Positions 8,634-17,127 of a stretch of 26,993 nucleotides of DNA are shown piece by piece. Under the pieces are notes generated by a model. It saw only the letters and a list, made by a program, of their open reading frames with translations, was not told the DNA's origin and made no database searches. Position numbers and translations under genes: made by a program. Source of the stretch: Candidatus Methylomirabilota bacterium. GTDB lineage: Bacteria; Methylomirabilota; Methylomirabilia; Rokubacteriales; CSP1-6. The number at the start of each line of letters is the position of its first letter. Position 1 is the stretch's first letter. The DNA is taken from NCBI GenBank assembly GCA_046726415.1, contig JBKPAK010000265.1:1-26993 (forward strand), in the 5' to 3' direction.

Positions 8634-10379
8634 ATGAAGACGGCCCTCCCCCCGCTCATGGCGCTGGCCTCACTGCTCACCCTCTCGACCTCCTGGGCCC
8701 TCGCGCAGGACAAGCCCGGCGACGCGCCGTTCGCCTACGCGGCGCCCGCCTTCATCAAGGAGCTGGACTCCCGGTTTCCTGCCCAGCCTCCCGTGCCGCC
8801 CTCCCCGCCGCGGTACGGCGGCGTGCTCCACTTCCCGGCCGTGGTGCGCGCCTTCGATCCCACCGTGGGGTACCGTCCCGAGCTCGCGCTGGTGTGGGAC
8901 ACCCTGACGGAATGGGAGGCGACCTGGTACTACCCGGAGGTGCAGCGCACCCCCGTGATCCGCAAGACGCTCGTCACGGACTGGCAGATGCAGAACCCCT
9001 CCACGTGGATCTTCAGGCTCCGGCAGGGCGTGAAGTTCCACAATCGCCCGCCCGTGAACGGCCGCGAGATGGTGGCGGAGGACGTGAAGTACTCCTACGA
9101 GCTCCTGAAGGACAAGGCCCAGTACTCCACGCGGGCCGCCCTGGTGAAAACCATCACCGTGCTCGACAAGTACACGGTGCGGTTCGACCTCGCCATGCCC
9201 GACCCGAAGTTCCATCTCAACATCGTCGACTCGCTGTCGCCGGTCATCGTGCCGCGCGAGGCGGTGGAAGCGCCGGGCGGCCTGGCCGAGAACCCGATCG
9301 GCACGGGCGCCTTCATGCTCAAGGAGTTCTCGCCCGGCGACGGCGCGCTGCTCGTCAAGAATCCCGACTACCACCTCAAGGACAAGGACGGGCGACCGCT
9401 CCCCTACGTGGACGCCGTGCGTCTCTACTTCACCAAGGACGCCGCCACAGACATGGCGCTCTTCCGCAGCAAGCAGGTCGACGTGATGCGCGTCTCCACC
9501 CTGGACCACCTCTACGCGCTCATGAAGACCGTGCCCGATCTCACGCTCTACCGGGTGTCCTCCTTCGGCTGGGGCGACTACGGCATGAGCATGGCCCTCG
9601 ACAAGGCGCCCTTCAGCGACGTGCGCGTGCGCCAGGCGCTCTCCATGGCCATCAACCGCGACATCGTGGCCGAGGTGATCAACAAGGGCGACGCCGCCCT
9701 CTACGGTCCCTTCCCCTGGGCCCTCGCGGGCTACACCAAGCGCGCGGACTACTCCTACGCCAACCTGGGACCCAACTACCAGTACAACCCCAAGGAGGCC
9801 AAGCGCCTCCTTGCCGCCGCCGGCTATCCCAACGGCTTCGACGTGGAGCTGGAGTGGGCCGAGTTCCAGGGATGGACCTACGGAGAGTTCGTGCAGCTCG
9901 CCGCGCGCTTCTACAACGACATCGGGGTACGCGTGAAGCTCAAGCAGCTCGAGACCTCGACCTGGCTATCGAAGATGACGGGCGTGCAGCCCTTCAACCA
10001 GATGCTGGCCACCTTCAGTCCCATCGGGGCGGGCCCGAGCTTCATGGACTGGGTCTACCTGCGCTACCACGGCTCCTTCCCCCGGACCATCAATCGCGAG
10101 CCCATCCAGGACCCCAAGCTCGACGACATGCTGACTTCGTGGCGGACCGACCCCGGGGACAAGCGCCCTCAGCTCCAGCGCGCCATCTGGGACCACCTGC
10201 GCAAGAACGTCTACCGCATCACCACCATCGTGCCGCCGCACTACCGGGTCAGTCAGTCCTACGTGCACGCGGGGGGTAACCCCTATTGCTGGTTTCCAGG
10301 CTACTGCTCGTACGAGGCCAAGACTGCGTGGCTGACCGACAAGTCCCCCAGCCGCAAGTTCGACAAGTTCGCGCAGTAA
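8634..10379 (+). CDS. ABC transporter substrate-binding protein, family 5 (peptide/nickel/opine)
   Basis: Signal peptide (..SWALA-Q); FRLRQGVKFHN..PVNGRE..AEDVKYS, PIGTGAF, KNPDY, PFSDVRVRQALSMAINR; AAGGAG RBS. Confidence 0.93.
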   Translation: MKTALPPLMALASLLTLSTSWALAQDKPGDAPFAYAAPAFIKELDSRFPAQPPVPPSPPRYGGVLHFPAVVRAFDPTVGYRPELALVWDTLTEWEATWYYPEVQRTPVIRKTLVTDWQMQNPSTWIFRLRQGVKFHNRPPVNGREMVAEDVKYSYELLKDKAQYSTRAALVKTITVLDKYTVRFDLAMPDPKFHLNIVDSLSPVIVPREAVEAPGGLAENPIGTGAFMLKEFSPGDGALLVKNPDYHLKDKDGRPLPYVDAVRLYFTKDAATDMALFRSKQVDVMRVSTLDHLYALMKTVPDLTLYRVSSFGWGDYGMSMALDKAPFSDVRVRQALSMAINRDIVAEVINKGDAALYGPFPWALAGYTKRADYSYANLGPNYQYNPKEAKRLLAAAGYPNGFDVELEWAEFQGWTYGEFVQLAARFYNDIGVRVKLKQLETSTWLSKMTGVQPFNQMLATFSPIGAGPSFMDWVYLRYHGSFPRTINREPIQDPKLDDMLTSWRTDPGDKRPQLQRAIWDHLRKNVYRITTIVPPHYRVSQSYVHAGGNPYCWFPGYCSYEAKTAWLTDKSPSRKFDKFAQ

Positions 10380-10391
10380 GTCGCCCGCGCG

Positions 10392-11342
10392 ATGCGCACG
10401 TACATCGCGCGCCGAATATTACAGGGGCTCCTGGTGCTATGGCTGGTCTCCCTGCTGATCTTCTCGCTCGTGCGCATCCTGCCCGGAGACGCCATCATCA
10501 TGCAGCTCGACCAGGCGGCCGCTCCCACCCCGGAGGTCCTGAAGCGCGCGCGCCAGGAGCTGGGCCTCGACCGCCCCTTCCTGGCCCAGTACCGCACCTG
10601 GATGGCGGGCGCGGTCCAGGGTGATCTGGGCCGCTCGCTGGTCACCCGGCGTCCCGTGACCCAGGAGCTCCTCAAGCGCATCAACTTGACCACCCACCTG
10701 GCCGTGCTGTCGGTGATCATCGCCGTGCTGATCGCTCTGCCCATCGGGGTCCTCTCCGCGGTCCGCCAGGACACCGCAAGCGACTATCTCGGCCGACTCT
10801 TCGCCATCCTGGGCCTGTCGCTGCCTGACTTCTGGCTGGCCACGGTGGCCATCACCTTTCTCGCGATCTGGTTCCACTGGATCCCCCCCATCGGCTTCGC
10901 TCCCCTCTGGGAGGATCCGGCCCGTTGCCTGAGCCAGCTCCTGATCCCCGCCCTCATCATCGGGGCTCGCCTGGCCGCGGTGTCCATGCGCATGACGCGC
11001 TCGTCGCTCCTCGAGGTGCTGCGCCAGGACTACATCCGCACCGCGCGGGCCAAGGGGGCGCGGGAGCGCGCGGTCATCGTGCGCCACGCCCTGAAGAATG
11101 CGTTCATTCCCGTGGTGACGGTCATCGGAGGGCAGTTTTCGGTGCTGCTGGGCGGGACGGTGATCGTGGAAGTCATCTTCCTGCAGCCGGGGGTGGGGAG
11201 CCTGATGCTGGATGCCGTACTGCTGCGCGACTACACCCTGATCCAGGGCGCGGTGCTGTTCTTCGCGGCGGTCATCGTGGTTACGAACCTGCTCGTCGAT
11301 CTGAGCTACGCCTGGCTTGATCCGCGAATCCGCTACCGCTGA
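10392..11342 (+). CDS. ABC transporter permease (DppB/OppB-like)
   Basis: PGD, LGLDRP, GDLGRS, DYIRTARAKG..ER.VI.RHALKNA, DLSYAWLDPRIRY. Confidence 0.95.
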   Translation: MRTYIARRILQGLLVLWLVSLLIFSLVRILPGDAIIMQLDQAAAPTPEVLKRARQELGLDRPFLAQYRTWMAGAVQGDLGRSLVTRRPVTQELLKRINLTTHLAVLSVIIAVLIALPIGVLSAVRQDTASDYLGRLFAILGLSLPDFWLATVAITFLAIWFHWIPPIGFAPLWEDPARCLSQLLIPALIIGARLAAVSMRMTRSSLLEVLRQDYIRTARAKGARERAVIVRHALKNAFIPVVTVIGGQFSVLLGGTVIVEVIFLQPGVGSLMLDAVLLRDYTLIQGAVLFFAAVIVVTNLLVDLSYAWLDPRIRYR

Positions 11343-11343
11343 C

Positions 11344-12240
11344 GTGCTCGCCGCGCCGGAGGCGCCCCGGCTCACCGCGCGGGAGGCCTGGGGGGCCGGG
11401 GCGCTGCTCGTGCGAAGGAAGCCGCTGGGGGCGGTGAGCGCAGTGGTCATCCTCGGGCTGCTCGCGGTGGCCCTTCTGGCCCCGCTGCTCGCCCCGCGCG
11501 ATCCGTACGCGCTCAATCTCGACGAGCGGGGATTGCCCATCCGGATGCAGGGGCCGACGGCCGCCTTCCCGCTCGGGACGGATCCGCTGGGGCGAGACGT
11601 GCTCAGCCGGATCGTCTACGGGGCGCGGGTGTCACTGATCGTCGGGTTCGCGTCGGTGCTCATCGGCACGGGGCTCGGGACTGTCTTCGGACTGGTCTCC
11701 GGCTATTGGGAGGGCCGGCTCGATTACGTGATCCAGCGCGGGGTCGATACCGCCATGGCCATTCCCGGCATCGTGCTCGCCCTGGCGGTGATGTCGGTGC
11801 TGGGACAGAGCCTCACCAACATCGTCCTCGTCATTGCCCTCGTCATCGCGCCGGGGGCATCGCGGGTCGTGCGGGGAACGGTGCTGGCGGTGAAGCAGGC
11901 CACCTTCGTCGATGCCGCCCAGGCGCTCGGGGCCTCGCCGGGACGGATCGTGTCTCGTCACGTGCTGCCGAATGTGTTCGCGCCCATCCTGGTCATCGCC
12001 ACCGTATGGCTGGGGAATGCCATCGTCATCGAGGCCGCCTTGAGCTTTCTGGGGCTGGGGACGCCACCGCCCACCCCGACGTGGGGGGCGATGCTGAGCG
12101 GGGAGGGCCGGAGGAATCTCGAGACGGCGCCCTATCTCGCGATCTTTCCGGGCGTGGCCATCAGCATCGTGGTACTGGCGTTCAACATGCTGGGCGACGC
12201 CTTGCGGGATCTGCTGGATCCGCGGCTCCGCGAGAGGTAG
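11344..12240 (+). CDS. ABC transporter permease (DppC/OppC-like)
   Basis: LGTDPLGRDVLSRIVYGARVSL, FVDAAQALGAS..RI..RHVLPN, EAALSFLGLG, LGDALRDLLDPR. Start is either GTG 11344 just after the upstream stop, or TTG 11317. Confidence 0.93.
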   Translation: MLAAPEAPRLTAREAWGAGALLVRRKPLGAVSAVVILGLLAVALLAPLLAPRDPYALNLDERGLPIRMQGPTAAFPLGTDPLGRDVLSRIVYGARVSLIVGFASVLIGTGLGTVFGLVSGYWEGRLDYVIQRGVDTAMAIPGIVLALAVMSVLGQSLTNIVLVIALVIAPGASRVVRGTVLAVKQATFVDAAQALGASPGRIVSRHVLPNVFAPILVIATVWLGNAIVIEAALSFLGLGTPPPTPTWGAMLSGEGRRNLETAPYLAIFPGVAISIVVLAFNMLGDALRDLLDPRLRER

Positions 12241-12270
12241 GCACGGCCCGCGCTCCCGGCTCAGGAGGTC

Positions 12271-12299
12271 TTGTCTTCACGCCGCGAATCGCCTAGTGT
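12271..12299 (+). promoter_or_regulatory. Putative sigma70-type promoter for the cupin genes
   Basis: TTGTCT-17 nt-TAGTGT upstream of the cupin start. Confidence 0.35.
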
Positions 12300-12381
12300 C
12301 GGGCGAGTCAGACTTCTCGCCTCGGCGGATCCCGAGGGGAGCAGCCGCGTGTCGCCGGGACAATGGAGAATGGAGAACGCC

Positions 12382-12654
12382 ATGACCAGGGTCCAGTTCG
12401 AAGCCGAGCTTCTTCGGGAAGGCTATGAGGTCCGCGAGGGCGAGATCCAACCCAACGTCCACCGTGAGGCGCACGCCCACGGGTTCGATGCGCGCCTGTT
12501 CGTGCTGGACGGATCCATCACACTCGTCTTCGGTAAGGACCGGGTCACGTATGGACCGGGCGACTCCTGCAGCGTCCCCGCCGGGACCGCGCACGAAGAG
12601 CACACCGAAGCTGACGGCGTGCGCTACGTCTCCGGGCGGCGCTCGGCGTCGTAG
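12382..12654 (+). CDS. Small cupin-domain protein
   Basis: 90 aa; HAH..DAR.FVLDG and GD...VPAGTAHEE cupin motifs; GGAG RBS before ATG 12382 (ATG 12370 is an alternative). Confidence 0.85.
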   Translation: MTRVQFEAELLREGYEVREGEIQPNVHREAHAHGFDARLFVLDGSITLVFGKDRVTYGPGDSCSVPAGTAHEEHTEADGVRYVSGRRSAS

Positions 12655-12750
12655 GAGGCCGCCGCTCGATAGGGCGCTTACGGGTCCCCCGTGGGCGACC
12701 ATGGGTGACGACGGCCAACGAGGAATCACCAAACTTGAGGAGAATCTCCA

Positions 12751-13116
12751 ATGAAGGTACACAAGCCCGCCGAAATCCCGGCTCAACCCGTCAATGCTCC
12801 CTTGTTCACCGGTGGTCCCGTGACTCGGCAGACGCTGCTGACGCCTGAGGCGAGCGAGTATTTCAATTTGGGTATCGTCAACTTCAGCCCCGGTGCCCGG
12901 AACAAAATGCACACGCATAGTAGTGATCAGGTGCTATTTGTGACCGCTGGCAAGGGCATCATCGCGACGGAAACAGAACAGCAGGTCATCACCCCAGGCG
13001 ATGTCGTGCATATTCCCTCGGAAGAGAAACACTGGCATGGGGCCACGCCCGACTCGGCGTTCTCCCATATTGCCTTGACCGCGAAAGGTAGTACGACCAC
13101 GCAAATCGAACCGTAG
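12751..13116 (+). CDS. Cupin-domain protein (cupin 2)
   Basis: 121 aa; FSPGARNKMHTH..DQVLFVTAGKG and PGDVVHIP..EKHWHGA; GAGGAG RBS. Confidence 0.9.
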   Translation: MKVHKPAEIPAQPVNAPLFTGGPVTRQTLLTPEASEYFNLGIVNFSPGARNKMHTHSSDQVLFVTAGKGIIATETEQQVITPGDVVHIPSEEKHWHGATPDSAFSHIALTAKGSTTTQIEP

Positions 13117-13136
13117 GTGATTGGCCGCCGCGACAC

Positions 13137-14429
13137 CTACGCGGCGGCCTGGGGAATCGGCGCGACGCCGAATTGCTCGGCCGCATTCTGTCCCATCATG
13201 CGGGCGATCAGCGCCTCGGGCACGTTGGCCTGGCGCAATCCGACGATCGCATCCCACGCGCTCGTCGCATCGTGATGCGGGTAGCGCGACCCCCACACCA
13301 CCTTCGTGGCAAAATCGTCCGGCAGTTTTCGGATCAGCCGCTCCTCGGCGTCGAAGCCGAGCATGACCTTGCCGTGCGCCCACATCTCCTCGGGCTCGGT
13401 GCTGACCGGATAGTGATGCAAGAGCGGGATGACCCGGGTGGAGGCCTCCATTTTTTCCAGGACTTCCTGCATCCAAGAGGCCTTGCCATGGGCCACGACG
13501 ACCTTCATCGCGGGATAGCGCTCCATGACCGTGAAGCCGACGAGCGTCGACGCGACGAACATGTGGTTGTCGAGCCAGTAGGCCAGGATCGGCGCCAGGG
13601 GATGGCCAAGCGGCGTGGCGCCCGTGAACGTCGTGGTCCCGGGCGCTCCGCTGCCACCCCCGGCAAACGGTCCGCCGCCCCCGCCAGGGATCGCCGGCTG
13701 CGCCAGCCGGTCCTTCATCTTCTCGAAGAACGGACCATGCGACGTCCACTCGGGATTCCACAGCCCCGGCGTGGCGTGCACGGCCGCAGTGATCCCGAGC
13801 CGCTCCAGCTCTGCCCAGAGTGGGTCGTAGTACGGATGGTTCAGGTAGCGGCCTTCGAGAAACATCGGCCGGATGAATACCGCGCGGACTCCCGGCATGC
13901 GCGTGACCCGCTGCAATTCCTCGAGCGCGAAGTCCATGTTCTGCAGCGGCACGATGGCCGCGGCGAAGAGCCGTCTCGGCGCCGCCGCGCAAAAGTCGCT
14001 GACCCAGTCGTTGTAGGCTCGGGCCAGCGCATACGCCACGTCCGGGTCGCGGACCAGAAAGAAGCCCTCGGCGAACCAGGTCGGATACAGCAGCGTCTGA
14101 TCCACTCCCATGGCGTCCATGTCGGACAGTCGGGCCTGCGGATCCCACGCGCCCTCGTTCATCGGATGCCGCGCGTGCGGGTCCAGTTCGCCGATCGCGT
14201 CCCAGGTCATGCCGGGGCGCCACAGCGCATGGCGCGGCAGATTGGGGTTGGTCGTGTCGCGGAAGATCTCGCCGTTGATCTTCAGATACGAGCCGGTCCG
14301 GCCTTCCTGGCGCCAGAGCCCATGCTTGCCCAACGCGCGGTACTCCGGCTCGAGATACTTCTCCCACAGCGCGGGCGGCTCGACCACATGCGAATCGCCA
14401 TCGAACACCGCGAAGTCTTTGGCGGTCAT
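13137..14429 (-). CDS. Amidohydrolase family 2 protein (atypical: GSRYPH in place of GSDYPH)
   Basis: 430 aa; FDGDSHVVEP, RLSDMDAMGVD..LLYPT, ARAYNDW, YDPLWA, AVH; ATG 14429 overlaps the upstream TGA (ATGA). Confidence 0.9.
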   Translation of the reverse strand: MTAKDFAVFDGDSHVVEPPALWEKYLEPEYRALGKHGLWRQEGRTGSYLKINGEIFRDTTNPNLPRHALWRPGMTWDAIGELDPHARHPMNEGAWDPQARLSDMDAMGVDQTLLYPTWFAEGFFLVRDPDVAYALARAYNDWVSDFCAAAPRRLFAAAIVPLQNMDFALEELQRVTRMPGVRAVFIRPMFLEGRYLNHPYYDPLWAELERLGITAAVHATPGLWNPEWTSHGPFFEKMKDRLAQPAIPGGGGGPFAGGGSGAPGTTTFTGATPLGHPLAPILAYWLDNHMFVASTLVGFTVMERYPAMKVVVAHGKASWMQEVLEKMEASTRVIPLLHHYPVSTEPEEMWAHGKVMLGFDAEERLIRKLPDDFATKVVWGSRYPHHDATSAWDAIVGLRQANVPEALIARMMGQNAAEQFGVAPIPQAAA

Positions 14430-15844
14430 CCCCGCCGCCCAGTCGGATCGCGGCCATCCGGCCGGGAGACCGACGCCTCCGGCCGCAGCGCGGTGCGAAC
14501 TTCCTCGTCGGTCGGCCACCAATCGGGGCGCTCGATCTCGCAGACGCGCTCGCGGATGATCGTCCGGGGCGCGGGCACCTTGTAGAGGCGGCGGGCGTTG
14601 GCCCCGAGGAACTTCACCTGGTGCTCGACGGCAAGCCCGTGCTTTCGCATCGTCTCGATCGCCCGCCAGGCGTCATCGCCGTCGTGGTGGTAGACATCGG
14701 ACGACCACGCGAGGATGTCGCCATAGAACTCGGGCAGACGCGCTGGCGGGGCCTCGTCCCCCTCGAACCCGGTCATGCAATGCTCGGCGAAGGTTTCGCT
14801 GGGCAGGCGCGTGAGCGGGGGCAGCCGGCGCTCGTTGCGGTACAGCCGGTAGGCCTTGTCGCATTCGTCGAGCAGGAAGCTGAGCCAGGTCGACGAGGCC
14901 TCGAACACGGCGGCGTTGATCTTCGGATGCCGTTCCAAGAAGCCGGACATCAGCACCACCGTCACCCATAGCGCCGCCTCGGCCTGGAAATTCTGGACAT
15001 TGGTGAGGAAGGAGTGCGGCAGGCCGGCGGTCGCCACGGTGCGCCGGATCAGCTCGGCGCCGGAGTATTGCTCGCTATAGCCGCCGGGCTTGAGGCTGCC
15101 GAAGGCGGGGAAGGGATGCATACCGTAGACCATGCCGGTCTCTTCCAATGCGTCCCAGACCGGCTCGTACTTTGGCTGCAGCGGATAATTGCCCAGCGCA
15201 TCCATCGGGCGGACCAGCGCGACCCGGCACCCTTGGGCGGCCACCCGGCGAACCTCCTCCACCGCGTAGTCCGGATGCTGCATCGGGATCAGCGCAGCGA
15301 AGAAGAGCCGCTCGGGATCGGCCCGCGTGTACTCATGGGCCCACTCGTTATAGGCGCGGCAGAAGGCCTTCGCGCCGAGCGCGTTTTCGAGCCAGGGGTA
15401 GATGTCGATCTCGGTGGGGATGATCATGACCTGATCGATGCCCTGCACGTCCATGTCCCGCAAGCGCGGCTTCGGCTCGTAGGAGCCGGCGTGGTCGAGA
15501 TAGGCCACCTGCTCCTGGGTCAGGGCGGTCTTCGGGTCGAGGTTGCGCACGTTGAGCGCGCGCTGAATGTCGTGCTTGACCCCAGGGCCGGCATTGCTGA
15601 TGACCCGCATCGTGCCGGGGATCCCGCCGCGCCGCGGCGAGCCGAGCCCGATGCCGGCGCGGCCGTTGACGATCAACAGGCGGCTCTCGGCGTCCCACCA
15701 GATGGTCGCCTTCAGCGCGTCCAGCTCATCGCGGGTCAGGAAATCCTTGGCGCGTTCCCAGATCAGCGGCGGTTCGGTGACATGGGCATCGCAATCGAAG
15801 GTGGCGAAGTCCTTGGTCATCGGGGCGAATCGTTGAACCGGCAT
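14426..15844 (-). CDS. Amidohydrolase family 2 protein
   Basis: 472 aa; FDCDAHVTEP, RLRDMDVQGID, CRAYNEW, YGMHP, FEASSTW, WSSDVYHHD; GAGGAGG RBS before ATG 15844. Confidence 0.9.
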   Translation of the reverse strand: MPVQRFAPMTKDFATFDCDAHVTEPPLIWERAKDFLTRDELDALKATIWWDAESRLLIVNGRAGIGLGSPRRGGIPGTMRVISNAGPGVKHDIQRALNVRNLDPKTALTQEQVAYLDHAGSYEPKPRLRDMDVQGIDQVMIIPTEIDIYPWLENALGAKAFCRAYNEWAHEYTRADPERLFFAALIPMQHPDYAVEEVRRVAAQGCRVALVRPMDALGNYPLQPKYEPVWDALEETGMVYGMHPFPAFGSLKPGGYSEQYSGAELIRRTVATAGLPHSFLTNVQNFQAEAALWVTVVLMSGFLERHPKINAAVFEASSTWLSFLLDECDKAYRLYRNERRLPPLTRLPSETFAEHCMTGFEGDEAPPARLPEFYGDILAWSSDVYHHDGDDAWRAIETMRKHGLAVEHQVKFLGANARRLYKVPAPRTIIRERVCEIERPDWWPTDEEVRTALRPEASVSRPDGRDPTGRRG

Positions 15845-15894
15845 GGTGTGCCTCCTCGCGGCGGCGGCGCGGCCGCGACCCGCCGCGTCTGCCC

Positions 15895-16096
15895 CTAGTC
15901 CTCGAGCCAGCCCGGCGGCACGGTCACGCAGCCATGCCGGGCGAGGATGGCATCGATCTCCGCCAGATCCGTGGCGGAGATGGTCCACCCCAGGGCGCCC
16001 AGGTTTTCCGTCACCTTACGTGCCGCCGATTTCCCAGCACCCAAACCCGAGCGCCGACACCTGGAGGCCGGTCTTGCCGAATTGCCGATATTCCAT
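15895..16096 (-). pseudogene. Internally deleted aldo/keto reductase (N- and C-termini only)
   Basis: MEYRQFGKTGLQVSALGFGCWEIGGT-stop (TAA 16016-16018), then in another frame VTENLGALGWTISATDLAEIDAILARHG...WLED-stop. These are the classic AKR termini; most of the barrel is missing. Confidence 0.88.
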
Positions 16097-16110
16097 GCCA
16101 GCTGAGCGGG

Positions 16111-16139
16111 ATCGTAGCCAGGCCCACCACCGTGGTCAA
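16111..16139 (-). promoter_or_regulatory. Putative sigma70 promoter for the AKR remnant/amidohydrolase pair
   Basis: TTGACC (16139-16134)-17 nt-TACGAT (16116-16111) on the minus strand, 14 nt before ATG 16096. Confidence 0.55.
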
Positions 16140-16244
16140 GGGTCCCGCTGACCGTCGCGCCTGGCGCCCTTGACGTGGACCGTCGTGGAGTGCGAGCCTG
16201 CCTCGCGGCTGGGGCGAGAGACGCCGGCGCGAACGGAGATACCC

Positions 16245-16745
16245 ATGATCGTCACGGACTGGCAGGCGCGGCACGGACTCACGGGCGTGGACTACCAGAC
16301 GGCGTTCGACGAGCTCGTCGGGCGCGGCTATCGCCTGGTGAAGGTGGCCGGCGCCGAGCCCTACTGGGATAAGGACAACGATAACCCCTACGGCATGCGC
16401 GTGCGCCGGATGGACGCCCACGGCGGCTGGCTCGCGACCGCGACCGACCTCCTCCAGTTCGGCCTGCGGGTGGACGGCTTCGCCTCACCGCCGGACATCC
16501 TGCAGGCCGGGACGATCACCACGATGACGACGGCGTCCGCCGCCAACGCGACCTACGCCTGCGGCTGGGGCGTGGACGGCGCGGGCACCCGGCAGCACAA
16601 CGGGCTCCTGCCGGGGACGCTCTCGATCCTGCAGCGCACCGCCGCGCAGCGCGAATGGGCGGCGGTCTGCAACACGGGCAACGTGGGAAGCCTGATCCTG
16701 GGAGAGTTCCTGACGGCGATCGCACAGGTGGATGCGTTGGTCTAG
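16245..16745 (+). pseudogene. In-frame internally deleted BTRD1 (polyglycine-hydrolase-like repeat)/beta-lactamase-fold serine hydrolase
   Basis: One repeat, WQARHGLTGVDYQTAFDELVGRGYRLVKVAG, is fused at ~16352 to NPYGMRVRRMDAHGGWLATATDL...YACGW...HNGLLPGT, a serine hydrolase C-terminus. SxxK and YxN are absent; GGAG RBS before ATG 16245. Confidence 0.75.
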
Positions 16746-16791
16746 CCGTCGGGGGCTGGCCTGCGGCGGTCACATTCGACAGGAGGCAGCC

Positions 16792-17127
16792 ATGCGCTTG
16801 ACGCCGACCGAGCTGGACCGACTGACGATCTTCACCGCGGCCGAGCTGGCGCGGCGCCGCCGGGCCCGGGGCTGGAAACTCAACCATCCCGAGGCGCTGG
16901 CCATCATCTGCGACGAGATGCACGAGGCGGCGCGCGGCGGCGCCTCGTACGAAGAAGTGATGCAGACCGGCCAGAGCGCCCTCGGCGCCGACGACGTCCT
17001 CGAGGGCGTGGCCGAGCTGATGGCCACGGTCAAAATCGAGTGCCTCTTCGGCGACGGGATGCGCGTACTGCACGTGGAGCAACCCATCGGCCCCGGTCGG
17101 GGAGCGCTGGCGGAGGGAGCGCGATGA
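16792..17127 (+). CDS. ureA: Urease-like gamma subunit (divergent)
   Basis: MRLTPTELDRL.IF.AAELARRR.ARG.KLNHPEA...EAARGG...DDVLEGV...F.DG; AGGAGG RBS. Confidence 0.9.
   Translation: MRLTPTELDRLTIFTAAELARRRRARGWKLNHPEALAIICDEMHEAARGGASYEEVMQTGQSALGADDVLEGVAELMATVKIECLFGDGMRVLHVEQPIGPGRGALAEGAR

Noticed and set aside
16746-16791. Possible guanidine or nickel riboswitch upstream of ureA
   Set aside because: Only 46 bp, with no paired ACGR-loop hairpins or other recognisable aptamer motif.
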